Below, piece after piece: positions 25,802 through 38,699 of a DNA stretch of 64,000 nt. The translations under genes were made by a program, and so were the position numbers. The notes beneath the pieces were generated by a model. It worked only from the letters and a program-made list of their open reading frames with translations, was not told the DNA's origin and made no database searches. This DNA is from Octopus sinensis (lineage: Eukaryota), in contig NC_043006.1 in assembly GCF_006345805.1 (NCBI RefSeq), positions 51,894,001-51,958,000 of the forward strand, written 5' to 3'. The stretch's first letter is position 1. Every line of letters begins with the position of its first letter.

Positions 25802-27945
25802 TGGTTGAAATATCTAACAGGAATGCACAAAAAGCTGGCTGAAAACTTTAACAACATACTAGCAGAGCCAGAGACAATGCCTGAATGACTCACGAAGGGG
25901 AAACCATCTTAATTCCCAAATCAAATGAGACAGCAAAACCAGAAAACTACAGACCAATAACCTGTCTCCCTACAATGTACAAGGCATTTACTGCAGTGAT
26001 ATCGCAAAGGTTGAACAAGCACCTGGACGAAAACAACCTGTTTCGAGAAGAGCAGAAAGGATGCCGCAAAGGCTCATATGGCTGTAAAGATCAACTAATG
26101 ATTAATAAAGCCATAACTGAAGACAGTCACAGAAAGAAGAAAGGCCCCAGTATGGCCTGGATCGACTACAAAAAGGCGTTTGATAGCATCCCCCACACAT
26201 GGATCCTCGAAACACTAACCATTAACAAAGTAGCACCAACAATTATAAAATTCATAGGGCACTCTATGAATAAATGGCAAACAGTGCTACAGCTCCAAAC
26301 AAAAGAGGGACTCATGAAAACCAAAGCCATCCCCATTAGAAGAAGAATATTCCAGGGAGACACGCTCTCTCCACTCCTTTTCTGCTTGGCACTGTCACCT
26401 CTATCTGATATGCTAAATAGAACTTTTATATATGGATGACCTAAAACTATACGCTGCAAATGACAAACAGCTGGAAACACTATTAAAGACAGTTCATGGA
26501 TTTACCAAAGAAATAGATATGAAATTTGGATTAGAAAAATGCGCCAAAGTAACCATGAAAAGAGGAAAACTAGTTAAGAGTAGCAACATCACACTAGATA
26601 AAACCAATGAAATAAAAGAATTAGACCAAAGCCAAACTTACAAATACTTAGGAATCCATGAACTAGATAAGACACAACACACACAAATGAAAGAGAAAAT
26701 AAAAAAAGAATATTATAGACGAGTTAGATCAATACTAAAAACAGAGCTCAATGCTATTAACACTTTAGCTGTCCCAGTTATAAGTTATAGCTACAATATC
26801 CTTGACTGGACACTAAATGAACTGACCAAAATAGATAGGAAAACAAGAAAAATAATGACAGGATCTAGGATGCATCACCCAAAATCTGACATAGAAAGAC
26901 TATATATACAGCGTATAGAAGGTGGTAGAGGCCTTATACAGCTGGAAAACTACTATAAAATAACCACCATAGGACTGCAAAAATATCTACTTCAGATGGA
27001 AGGAAAACTGATACAAGAAACAACAAAAGCTATAAAACAAATGAAATCCAAACTAAAACTAGAACAGCAAAGAACCATGATAAAACGATGGCAAGAAAAA
27101 CCCCTCCTTTACTGGACTAAACTAAATGCAAAAGAAATAGACAAAGAAAAATCCCAGCAATGGTTGAGAAGCTCGGGACTCAAAGCAGAGACAGAGGGAT
27201 TTTTAATTGCAGCACAAGATCAAAGCCTCCCCACCAGAAATTACCAAAAACATGTAATGAAAATAAATATAACAAGTAACTGCAGAATATGTGGAGATGG
27301 ACAAGAAACAATAAATCCTATTATCTCTGGCTGCCCAGTCCTGGCTAAGAAGGAATATATTCACAGACATGACAGAGTTGGAACCTACATACACTGGAAG
27401 CTATGCCAACATTATGGAATAACAACAGAAAAAAGATGGTATAGGCACACACCAGAAAAGGTCACAGAAAACGAGAAAGCAACCATACTCTGGGATATGC
27501 CGAGACACACAGATAGAGAAATTAAGGCCAACAGACCAGATATAGTTGTCAGAGATCATGAAGAAAAAAAATGCTTTCTAATTGATGTATCAATACCGGG
27601 AGATGACAATGTTTCTCTAAAAGAAATGGAGAAACTTTCAAAATACAAAGACCTGGAAATAGAGGTAACCAGAATGTGGAATCTAAAAACAGAAACAATT
27701 CCTATCATAGTAGGCGCATTAGGCATGATAAAAAAATATTCAGACAAATACATAACAAAAACACCAGGACTTACAAACACATAACATACAGAAAATTGCA
27801 CTACTAGGCACTGCACATATCCTACGCAGAACACTTTCCATACAATAACCATCAGAGCATCACAACAAATCACAGCACATACCCAAGGCACACAGAGCTG
27901 CGCTCGGTAGTGAAGTGAAAGCACGCTATAAAAATACAACTACTC
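25802..27945 (+). mobile_element. R4/Dong-like RLE retrotransposon, family A, 5'-truncated (RT, CCHC and RLE; frameshifted and internally deleted)
   Basis: NYRPITCLPTMYK, EQKGCRKGSYGCKDQL, WIDYKKAFDSIPH, IFQGDTLSPLLF, YMDDLKL, CRIC...GC, RHD, RPD..D..IDVSIP; flanked by (AAT/AAC)n and (AAT)n. Confidence 0.92.
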
Positions 27946-28150
27946 AATAATAATAATAATCCTTTCTACAATAGGCACAAAGCCTGGAATTTTAGGGGAG
28001 GGGGCTAGTCGATTACAACGACCTCAATGTTTCACTGGTACTTATTTCCTCGACCCCGATGGACAGCTGGCACATGCCATCATGCCCAGCAAAACAAGCT
28101 GTGAGTTTTCATCAAATAATAATAATAATGATTATAATAATAATAATAAT

Positions 28151-28708
28151 AAATGCCCTGATGCAGTACCAGGCAGTGGCTCTCATGGCTTCTGATCTTA
28201 ACTGATTGGAAGTGTTATCATGTACACTGTTTTGTCTTGGTATAAAAGATGGGCTACAGCAAATATTCTGCTCAATACCACAGATTTGCTTGTCAGTTGT
28301 TTGGCCTTAACCAGTTGAGCATGTCCCTTAGTGACTGATGATATGTGCATCTCTGATCATGAGTAGAAGTAGTGGGGGAGCATCATAGCCATGTGTTGAG
28401 AAGAATTCTTTGGAGTTTGAATAATTCACCTCTGGAAACATGGGTGTTTCGTTCAACATCCTTAAACAACCCTTATTCAGGGACCTTTTGAGCGGGATGG
28501 GTTACTCGACCAGAAGAAAATTCTAACTGGGCCCCACCTGCAAGGTCATATGCTGTTTATCTTGACATTAGATCACCATGTCGCACACAGATGGTTGTGA
28601 TGCATGTGCCTGGTGTACCCTTATCAGACAGGTAGTCATGATGGGTATACTGGGCTTCGTAAATTTTACCCCAGTGTCACTTTGATGGCATGCACTGCTC
28701 TCTCACTC
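28151..28708 (+). mobile_element. non-coding (AAT)n-tailed repeat, family E, longest copy (558 bp)
   Basis: Starts aaatgccctgatgcagtaccagg directly after (AAT)n and ends ctctctcactc(AAT)n; no recognisable ORF. Confidence 0.85.
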
Positions 28709-28740
<32 letters not shown>

Positions 28741-30197
28741 CAGTAATAACAACAACAGCAACAACGACGACGACGAAAAGGAGTATGGTAATGATGTGGC
28801 CGAGAGAAAATACGGAAGTGTGAGGGTTTCATACACAGGTATTTAAATTAAGAAGCGATCGATATGTTCAGAGTACGGCCGATGTGAAGTGAGTTAGTTT
28901 AACATAGAAGCGAAAGCAAGTCACTGGTCCGACTCATTGACTACAAATTAACTGATATAATGCAATTAAAGCCTTATAGAATGGCCGTATGATCAAAGAC
29001 GTTCCAGCCAAGCTATAAGATTTATTTCTAGAGTATCTATGGTGTGTCCTATACTAAAGATATTTTTAGGGGCGATTTCAAAAGTATTTCTCGCAGGTCG
29101 AATGATCACGTAGATTCTCAAAACTGTGTCTTATATCTTTACGTCAGTCGAGTGATTAAAGAGATATTTTGCTTCTAGTCTTGTATGATGGAAACTTCTG
29201 AGACTCTACGTTATCTTTTAATGTGCCTTGTCTTTTGATGTGCCAGGCGAGTAAATTATCGCTCAATTAAGATATGTTACTAGATTAATCCTCTCCCTCA
29301 CCCTTGTTTAAATTGTCACACTCGTCAAAATCTATTAACTCAAACTATAGCATTCGGTTATCATACGGACTGGCAAATATACATAAAGACGATAGTTTAA
29401 TAAGAAAGATTAATAAAACAAACATATCCAAAGTATTCACGATACTTACTAAAAGTCAGTGTCACATCCCATTGCATTCCCCCATTTAATTGTTTTTTTT
29501 TACTAATTTCAATTTCAGAGTTATCTACCTGTCTTTCATTCTCACTATTAATCATTAACCAGCTTTCTTTTTCTCTACATTATAAGTTAAATTTGAATAA
29601 AGTATAACATTTTTTGTCGCTACATTCAGTTAGATCTGATTTAGCTACACAATGATGTCCTGTCTCTAATTCACCCAGTTATGAGTAGAACACAGGCCTG
29701 AAAACGTAACGTTTTATTCTAACTATAGCTTGATTTGTTCCTCGTTCCCCATCCGAACCCAAAAATTAGCTTTACAAGAAGATTGCTATCTCCTAACATC
29801 ATTATTCATGCATGATATTGAAATTATATATTAGGGAATGTTGGGAACTGAAAAGTAACATTTTCAGAGGCGCGACTTAAACAAAATCAAATCCCTACTA
29901 GATACTGAAAGTGCGTCCTAGTTCCGGCACACGAGTAATTCATCTCACACGCAACGTAATACTGGGCGTTAACTATATTGAATAAGCAAAAGTTGGTACG
30001 CTTAAACTGGAATGTAAAGTTGTTTTGTTTTGAAACTAAAGATCAAATATAGCTCAAAAGAGGAGTACATTCTTCTTCAATGCAAACCAATCTATTTCCA
30101 CTTTAAAATGCTTATTTTACTCATTTAATTATCCTTCCCCAGTCTTCTCATACTCTACTTTCTATATCAAATATTTATTTTATGCTTGGAAACTTAC

Positions 30198-33100
30198 CTG
30201 AAAGAAATTGAGAGTCTTCACGTAACCAATTTCAAGTCCTGGTCCAAGTGCATAGCACACGCTGTCGGGTCTTTCTTCAGTCGCCGCTATTGCTTTATGA
30301 AGAGACATAAACAGACATTCCATGCTTGGGGGAAGTAATTCGTGAGTTGCCATAGAAATGCTGCTTGGTGGCCAATCACTTGAATGACTTAATTCTGATT
30401 CATTGATATACCATTGATGAAGGGAAGTGTCTGACAGTGTATAATCTCCTAGAAATGAACCGTTTTGTTCTTGAACACCTCTGTTTGTAGGATAAATATT
30501 TCCTGTTTCAATGTTTCCTACCTCGAAGCCGTTATGTAACACGCGTGTTTCGCTAGTTTTCATTTTGTTTGTATCATAAAACTTTTGACTGCTATTCACT
30601 CGGTTCGAACAACAGTTACAGCCGGGACATTTAGGCAGCTCATCCAGTGCTGGTTCATCAATTGAAGCCAATTCCTCAATGTCTGCCAAAGATGATACAT
30701 TCGTAGCATCTGATCTCTCAAAGTGTTGGAAATACATATTTTGTTCTGATGGGTTAGACACTGACGTAAATGTCTGGTTATCAAGCCTTTCGTTGATATA
30801 TAATTCTTCTTCGGTATCAGTTAGTGGTAGTTCGTTGAGCCCGTGAGGGTAAGATTGGTACTGACGTGCAAAAGATCCCCTATATAAACCTGATGGTTGA
30901 TTACTTGTAGGATAGTCACTGTAATAGTTCTGACATAGTCCAACTTGTGGAATGTCACTCTTCCGTCTTTCTAATGTATTATCCCAATATAATCCTGATT
31001 TTTCTGAAATTTCAGACCATCTGTGTCCAGAATTAAGTTTTTCGAAAGGTATCTGTTCACTCGTTTCAGGGGAGAAATCACCAGAATAAATGTCACTTCT
31101 ATCATCCCTTTTCCGGTAGTCATAAGGAACAGTTAAATATTTCTGACGAACTGAGTCATCCACTCTGTTATATCTATTGCCATTATTCACAGGGGAGTTT
31201 TTGTCTATTTCATTAGGATTTAAAATTGCTTGCAACAAAGCCCCATTATACAGTTCACTAGAAAGAAATTCCTCCAAATCTCCGAAGATTTCTGGTGTCA
31301 TATATTTCACTGAATTGTTTTTGAAATTTTCTCGATGCATTTCCATCTCGTTAGGTTTGAACTGTTGAAAGCTCTCATATTCATTTAAGTTACTTAAGTC
31401 ATAGAGATGTTTAGCAGACGATTTTTCTACGAAGTGTTCCGTGCGTTTAAAATGGTCAGATTCTTTCTTCTTAAATTCGGAATATTTTGTAAAAGGTGTT
31501 GTTGTAACATCACAAACGCTTTTTCTTTTCATAGTACTCCTTTCATTAAATTCTTGAGTTCTTTGTGGGGAAGGAGATCTAGAATTTATAGCAATACCAC
31601 TGTCATTGGTTTCTATTGTGAATTGACGCACGGGAACTTTGGCCGATTCTCTTAACCAGTTCTGAACATAGCATTGGCTCGTATCTTCTGCTCTTCCCAT
31701 ATTTTCTTTTTCGTTAGAGATTGTATTTTTCTCGAGAATAATAGTGGGGACTTCTTTGTTCGAATTTGTAGATGCGAGAGCACTGCTATCGACTGTACTA
31801 TTCAAAGCTTCGTTTTTACCATCGACATTGTAATTATGTAATACTAATAACTTGCGTTTCTTCACCGTCAGACTATTTTCACATTTGGAACTGTTTTTAT
31901 TTTGACACTTGCCGTCATAATATACTCGTGAATTGTGCTTGTTCCGCGGGGTTTTGAGGAAAATTTTAACCTCCGATTTAAAAATCTTACCTTCATCCTC
32001 CTGTCTCTCCGTTGAGATAGAAGACGAATTAGATTTATTTGACATGTGACTGCAGTAGTGTGGAGCAGAGGCAATCCTAGAATGTATTCCACAAGATGGA
32101 AGACATCCAGAAGTATTATGAGAACATTTATTTGGATTTTCCCCATTACATTTACTTTCATCATGGTGATAGAATGGACATCCAACACCTGTTTGATTGC
32201 CATTAAATGCATGTAAACATTTTTTACATCGACTCTGCTGTTGCCATATAAATGGCGGGCTTCGAGAGTCTTCATGAAATGTTTCATGTGGAGACAATGA
32301 ATTAGGACTTTCACAGCATGTTGAGGTATTTTTCCATCTATGAACTTCCATGTTTTCTAAAGGAAGCCTCGGAAATGTAGGTGTGTGAACGGAAAATGTT
32401 TTGTTCTTCCTCAGTGATCTAGTCTTACTGTCATTCTGAGGGGAGTCAAAACCAAATGTTTCTTTCTCATCATGGTATAAACTGCGAGACGAGCATTCAA
32501 GACTTGAATTAAAGCCATCGTCTTTGGTAATTTTTTCATTCATTTGAATATTTTTGCAAAGTAGAGATATTGGCTGTTGCAATAAAAATTTTCTGCTGTG
32601 ATGCGATTCGTCAGAACTTGGGGAATTTATATTGTCTAACCAATTAAAGACTTCCATGGATCTTTGTCTTTTTAAAGATTTCGGTGAATCATGTTGTAAA
32701 CTTGAATTGCAGCTGAAGGATCTACGGTATCGGCCTCTGTCTGCTAAATTTGTTTTACAGTGATTGTTTTCCGAAGAACAGAGTTCCTCAATATTTTCTG
32801 TTGTACGGAGGTTGCCATCTACATGAGATAATTTAGAAGATTTTTCTGAATAAGGTGATGACCGTCTTTTCTGTGTGATAACTTTGTTAAAAGCACTGCT
32901 CGCAGAACCTATACTAATTTTGCCGACTCTCTCTGCATTCAAACACGATTGCATTCTTTCAAGAAATACCAACCCTTGTGCTGGTTCATCCGAGTCTTTT
33001 GACTCATAGTATGTCGAATCGTCATCACTTTCAGAGGAATATGTTTCCCTGTCATTATTGAAATATCTTGGAGACGCAGAAGGAGTGTAAAATTCGTTTG

Positions 33101-34115
33101 GTGAATCTCCAGGGTTTAGTAAATAAATAGCTTGAATGTTCTCAACCGGTGTATCACTTGAGGAACTACTGTTTGTATATGTTGTGTCAGTTGATGTATT
33201 TATGCCAGGTGAACCGTCTACTACTATACTTTCTGATGAAGGGTTTGAAGCTACTGATATTGATACAAGACCACCTTGTGATGTCACTGAATTGGTATCT
33301 GCAAAGAGATGTGATGAATCACTGGATACGTCTTTGTCAGTATTGTTAACATCTGTGGAGCTCTTCGAAATATCACATATATCGTTATTTTCTTCGATTT
33401 TATTCGGTAATACAGTTCTGCGAATCACTCGTAATTTCTTCACTTTCACTTGCCTATTATTGTCCCATAGAGCGGGTGTATCAACAGAAAGACTTTTCAG
33501 AAGTAATGTTTTTGAATTTGGATTAGATGAAATCGGATGGCTAACTATCACTCGAAATGGGCTACCATCGATATCAGTATCGTGGCGTTGAACACTTATA
33601 TAGTGGACACCCGTTTTACGAGGTATATAACTAACCAAGGAGGTACCGTTCATCGACAGTTTGTAATCGTAAGGAATTATTTCTAAGCCATTATTATCTA
33701 TCTCAAATATTCCATCACTGTGATAATCAAGGATAGGATTACTAAATGTCTTAGTTTGTTGACGATTCAGATCAGTCTGCAAGTTAGTAATGGTTGAACT
33801 GAGCAATTTCTGAGGAAAACTATCTGAGGCACTCGGCCCAAGAATATTAATTTTCAAATACGTTGGAAATTTCTGCAGGCTTGAAATAGTAAACTGAGAT
33901 TTTCTTCCGACCGTTGCATGTTTATAACCAGAACCACTGATAACTAAAGTGCTGCTAGAGTGATCGGTAGGATTTTCCGGAATGTCGTTGCCATCATTGA
34001 AACTTATCCATTTTTGATGCTGTGCTGTAAGTTTAATCATGTAAGCTAATCGAAATATTTTGTTTGCAGTGCTGTCATTGTTTGCTATGGCGATTTCTTC
34101 CGGTGCAATCAACGA
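30198..34115 (-). CDS. filamin-like gene, giant internal exon (3918 nt, 1306 codons): end of CH domain, one filamin repeat, about 1100-aa Ser/Asn-rich region, start of last filamin repeat
   Basis: Acceptor ttttttag|TCG and donor CAG|gtaagt, both phase 0, with no stops. SLIAPEEI completes the CH domain; GSG...TVGRKSQFTI...VSYIPRKTGVHYISV...IDGSPFRVIV is a filamin repeat; CYALGPGLEIG...FFQ opens the next. Confidence 0.92.
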
Positions 34116-35185
34116 CTAAAAAATACAAAGAAATAATCGTTTAAGAGATTTGTGAAAATCATACATTTATTAGTATATTAAAACCATCTCTATATAATTA
34201 CATAACAATACCCTAACTGTTACCGCCACACGGGCTTTTTCTGTTAGAATTTATGTTGGCGTATCGATCAATTTTAAGCGCCGATTTCTTGCCCATCTGA
34301 GCTCCTTCAGGAATATCACTAAAAGTCGATCTACATCCACATCCACCACATCAAAATTAGGATATTATCTATGACATTGCCTGGTCCATAATTGAAGATG
34401 GAATACCGTACACAGAAACCGACCACCATGTAATTTATCCTGATGTGAGTCTCTTAGTATGAGAATAAAGACCGTCTCTTTAATCGCTTTTCTAGCGTAA
34501 TCACCTCTTGGTGCCACCAGTATTGCAAAACTTTTTTTATTACCATAAATCACTATGTTCTGACCGAACTAATTAAGCCTTCCCATTTTGTTCTAAGACT
34601 CTTTCGCTATCATACCGCCTTTATAACTCTTATATTTCTCTTACCGCTATATTTGACTACATTTAAGTTTTTCACGTCTTTAGCATGCCCACCAGTGCGT
34701 CTCTTTCTTCTTTCTCTCATACCAGTACGCCATCATTTCCTCTCCTCCCCCAGTTTTACTGATCAACGCGAAATGCACACTTTAAAATGTTCATAACTAT
34801 GTCCTATTAGAGTCTTACGATTTTTGTCTTTATCTTTTTATCACTTTCCTACCATTTTTGGTCGGCTATCATTTATGGTAATGCTAAGCATCTATTATGT
34901 GTCTCTGAAATCGGCTGGCCTAATACATTTCTGTCTCACTGTTAATTTATTTCTTTGTTAGAAACCGGACCTCCTTTGATTCAGTTTCCATAACAATTTT
35001 CTCTAACATTTACTCTATGGCCTAGTTTATTTCTTGCAGCTGTTAACTGGCGATTTTAAATTGCTAAAATTACTAATTCTCCATAGAGACCCAATCCTTT
35101 ACTCTCCATCTCTCCTCTTTCCCTTTGTCTCCTCATACTTCTTACCATAACTTCTCTTCAACCATTCTTACATTTTTTCTTATTG

Positions 35186-35223
<38 letters not shown>

Positions 35224-35612
35224 AACAATATTCTGTACTGTGCTATTTGTCAGCGGATACTATGATTGTGCCTTAAGGGTCTCTGAAACTCCGTATCAAT
35301 CCATACGCTTGAAATACTACTATTGGACCTTATCAACATAATATGCATGCTTATGGCAGCGGTGAGCGATTATTCGAAACAGCTGTAAAAAATTTGATAA
35401 CATCACTTATTTGTACATGCAACTTTCCGTGTGAATACTTTCCTTACACCCATTACTGTTAGTCTGTTTTTTCATCACACATACACGAACACACACACAC
35501 ATACATGCATACAAGCATATATATTATATCATATCATATTATATTATATATGAGTGAGTGCATTCAATTACTAACCAGTTGTGCGATATTGTCCTCAAGT
35601 CATATTACTCAC

Positions 35613-35839
35613 CGTAGGTATATTTAAATGGTCGTTTGCCAACTGTAGTCCCAGACGACAGTTATTGACACGGTTGTGAGGCTGCAGGAAGGTAAAGTGT
35701 GGACATAAACCCGGGCAGACGGCGTTTAGAAGAGCGCATAGGACAATTCCATCGTTCCAGCTCGTGTGGAAATTGGTCACTTGAAATTGTGGAAGAACAT
35801 TCGAGATCCATATCAGTAGATTCACCTTTCGTTGTTTTT
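35613..35839 (-). CDS. filamin-like gene, calponin-homology domain exon (filamin CH2-like)
   Basis: LLIWISNVLPQFQVTNFHTSWNDGIVLCALLNAVCPGLCP...LQLANDHLNIP; acceptor ttgcag (phase 1) and donor ACG|gtgagt (phase 0), matching the next exon. Confidence 0.92.
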
Positions 35840-35914
35840 CTGCAACATATCGACAATGGTAAAAAAAATGTGAACACACGGGAAACAGTGTACTAACAGC
35901 AATAGCAACAGAAG

Positions 35915-35917
35915 CAA

Positions 35918-35987
<70 letters not shown>

Positions 35988-36013
35988 ACTACTACTACTA
36001 CTACTACTACTAC

Positions 36014-36083
<70 letters not shown>
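35915..36083. repeat. compound trinucleotide microsatellite (CTA)n(CTG)n(CTA)n(ATA)n
   Basis: Directly visible; lies just upstream (gene sense) of the CH exon. Confidence 0.95.
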
Positions 36084-36084
<1 letters not shown>

Positions 36085-36085
<1 letters not shown>

Positions 36086-36720
36086 TGAGTTCTTTTATTT
36101 TCCACCATGGACAGACACAAAAGCAGACATAATGTGTGGGGATTTACATATAATGGAATGATAAAATAAAAAGTACACACGGTATATATTAGAAGGACGT
36201 ATACATAGTATACGACACTAGAAGAAGAGGGGACAAAAGTGAGTGATGGGATCCCCCTGATACAGGAGAACCTATAGGGATAATTGAGGAACCCCACCAT
36301 CAAAGATCACCCTGAATACTAAGTTCGCAACTTTCACCCACCTTTTTATAAATTTCCTCGAGGACAGCACCTCTTTCTCCACCTTCACTTTCCTTTTCAA
36401 GTGAAACTTGAAAAAGTCCATGAGGGTTTTACCAAAGAGGAAAGTTTCAATCCTCATTCCTTAGAGCCTCGTCCACCAGACAACCTCTTTCGCCACAGCC
36501 ACCAGAGAAAGGAAAACTGCCTAGCCTGCCCAATTAAAGGAGGGCGGCGAGGCAATCATCATTATGGACTCGACTAACAGACAGATCCGTCTCACATGTC
36601 ACGGCAGCTGTTCGACATAATTCCACAAGCCAACAATTCTCGGAACGAGTGCACGCAGAACGGTTTCGGCGTTCTGACAGCACAAACGTGCCCGTAAAGT
36701 TTATCTCGAACCGGTAGCGC
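36085..36720 (-). mobile_element. Tx1/L1-like LINE 3' end (degenerate ORF2 C-terminus)
   Basis: AETVLRALV..IVGLWNYVEQL...VFLSLVAVAKEVVWWTRL...FFKFHLKRKVKVEKEVLS; homologous to 54860-55230. Confidence 0.65.
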
Positions 36721-36729
36721 CCCCACCCC

Positions 36730-37137
36730 TGGAATGAGAGAAAAACTAACAACCAAAATGGATAGACGGACGAATGTTGAGGTGGTTTGGCCACATGGAG
36801 AGGATGAATGAGGAGCGGATGGTAAGGAGAGTGATGAAGGCAGAAGTGGAAGGCAGCAGAACCAGAGGCAAATCTCGGTTTGTGCAGATGGATGGAGCGA
36901 GGAAAGCTTTGTTGGTTAGTGGTGTTGGAGTGAGAGAGGCAAGAGGGTTTATAAACGATAGGAAAGCTTAGAGAGTGTTTGTGGACGGATGAGTGAATTT
37001 GATGTTGCTCAAAAGGGTACGGAACCAGCATGATGCTGTCGGGCCCCTCTGCTGATATTGAGGGTTGCGTTCTATGCCTGCACCCAAGCATAGAACGGGG
37101 TTCGCCTCTTTGAGGTAGGAAATGAATGGAATACCTG

Positions 37138-37140
<3 letters not shown>
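36730..37140 (+). mobile_element. RTE-clade LINE 3' fragment
   Basis: LRWFGHMERMNEERMVRRVMKAEVEGSRTRGKSR, the typical RTE C-terminal motif. Confidence 0.75.
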
Positions 37141-37168
<28 letters not shown>

Positions 37169-37231
37169 CCCATACCTATTCCCCATTCTTTTAGGAGGGG
37201 GTGTCCACAACAAGACACACACCAGGCATTC

Positions 37232-37282
<51 letters not shown>

Positions 37283-37990
37283 TGGTTAGGTCAGAGGATA
37301 GGGATAGCATAGGTTGTCCATGATTTAAATCGGTCGGCTACACATCACAAATTTGTGATATGCTCAGTCGATTTAGATTGGACCCGTAGACAGGGATCCG
37401 GTTACTGAAAGTTGAATGTGTCCTTACCGGCTCTCAAAGACTACAGGGACCGGATTAGTGAACTAGTTAAGCGGCAGTTGACGGGGGCTGTCGTCAACAA
37501 CCGGTGGTGGATCGCTCTGAAGACAGCGATTAGAGTAGAATTGATAGCGTTTAGTAAAGATTTAGCAAAGAAATAGATTAGAGAGAGAACTAGTTAGCAA
37601 ACTAGAGGAGGCTATTAGTAAAGTCTGCCCTACGAATTCTATGTTTTCATGCCAGATTTGTTAGGCAGTCTCTTGCCAGATGTTTACAGTAACTGTCACA
37701 AAGCTGGAAAGTCTTGAACAGATTTTCGAGGTTTTTACACCCACTCCTTCTATGTACTAAACCCACACAGTCCTTCCGTGCGTCCAAAATACTATTCCAG
37801 TCCCCCACTAGTACTAAAGTGCGAGACGTTCCCAAGAATGTTTCTAGATGCCTGAAGAAATCTGGCCTTCCAGCCCCTGTTGAAGCATAAACCGCCACTA
37901 ATCTAAAGGCACCACTTTCGCTGCCATTCACGTCCTTGGCACGCCTTGGGTAATCAAGAAAAGTATTAGATAGTTGTAAAGAACAGATCG
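37283..37990. mobile_element. two oppositely oriented Tx1/L1-like ORF2 fragments (37283-37620 +, 37630-37990 -)
   Basis: Minus piece: FRLVAVYAS...LVLVGDWNSILD (AP endonuclease). Plus piece: VRSEDRDSIGCP..VGYT... and NRWWIALKTAIR. Confidence 0.7.
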
Positions 37991-38699
37991 CATGTTACTG
38001 TAGGCTGCAGGTAGCAAGCTCGCTAGGCGTGCAAGACTCCAGAAGTTCCAACAAAAACTGCGTTAAAAAGAACAATAATAATAAAAAAGTTTTTGATCTC
38101 GAAACAAGGCTAACAGTTTAGATTGGTACATGACTGGTACTTTATTTTATCAACGATGGAAAGCTGAAAAGCAGATTCGACTCGTGATATGAACTCCGAA
38201 CAAAGTAGACAGGGCATTTTTTCTGGCGTCTTAACGATTCTAATGTCTTCGAACATTAATAGCATTCACTTGTGAACATTACTGACACTCTTTATTGACT
38301 CTGAATTATCAAATGTCAAACTGTACCATGCTTAAAATGATTAGCAGTAATCCTCGTTGTTTATATGTGGCATATTTACTTGTAATATACTACGATTAAG
38401 TCCATAATAACGATATTCCTGGTCGGACAAAAATATTGAAAGTTTATTTCAAATTCGCTAAAGAGCATGAATTACAAAGTTCGACGAGAAAACCCCACTA
38501 CAAAACATAGCCAATAATGAAGGAAATATTAAGTTGTTAGACCTGCGAAAATTAACAGCTGGATTTCTGTCTTTACCAAGAAAGCTAAAGAAAATCATTA
38601 TCAGAAGTTGTTACAGCAGCACTAGCTACAACAGCAGCAACAACAACAACAACAACAACTCTGATTGCTAAAAATACAAGAATAAAATATATTTCTTAC

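Noticed and set aside
34365-34553. YARKAIKETVFI resembling the end of a Penelope GIY-YIG domain
   Set aside because: One short degenerate motif without the GIY/YIG residues; not enough to call.
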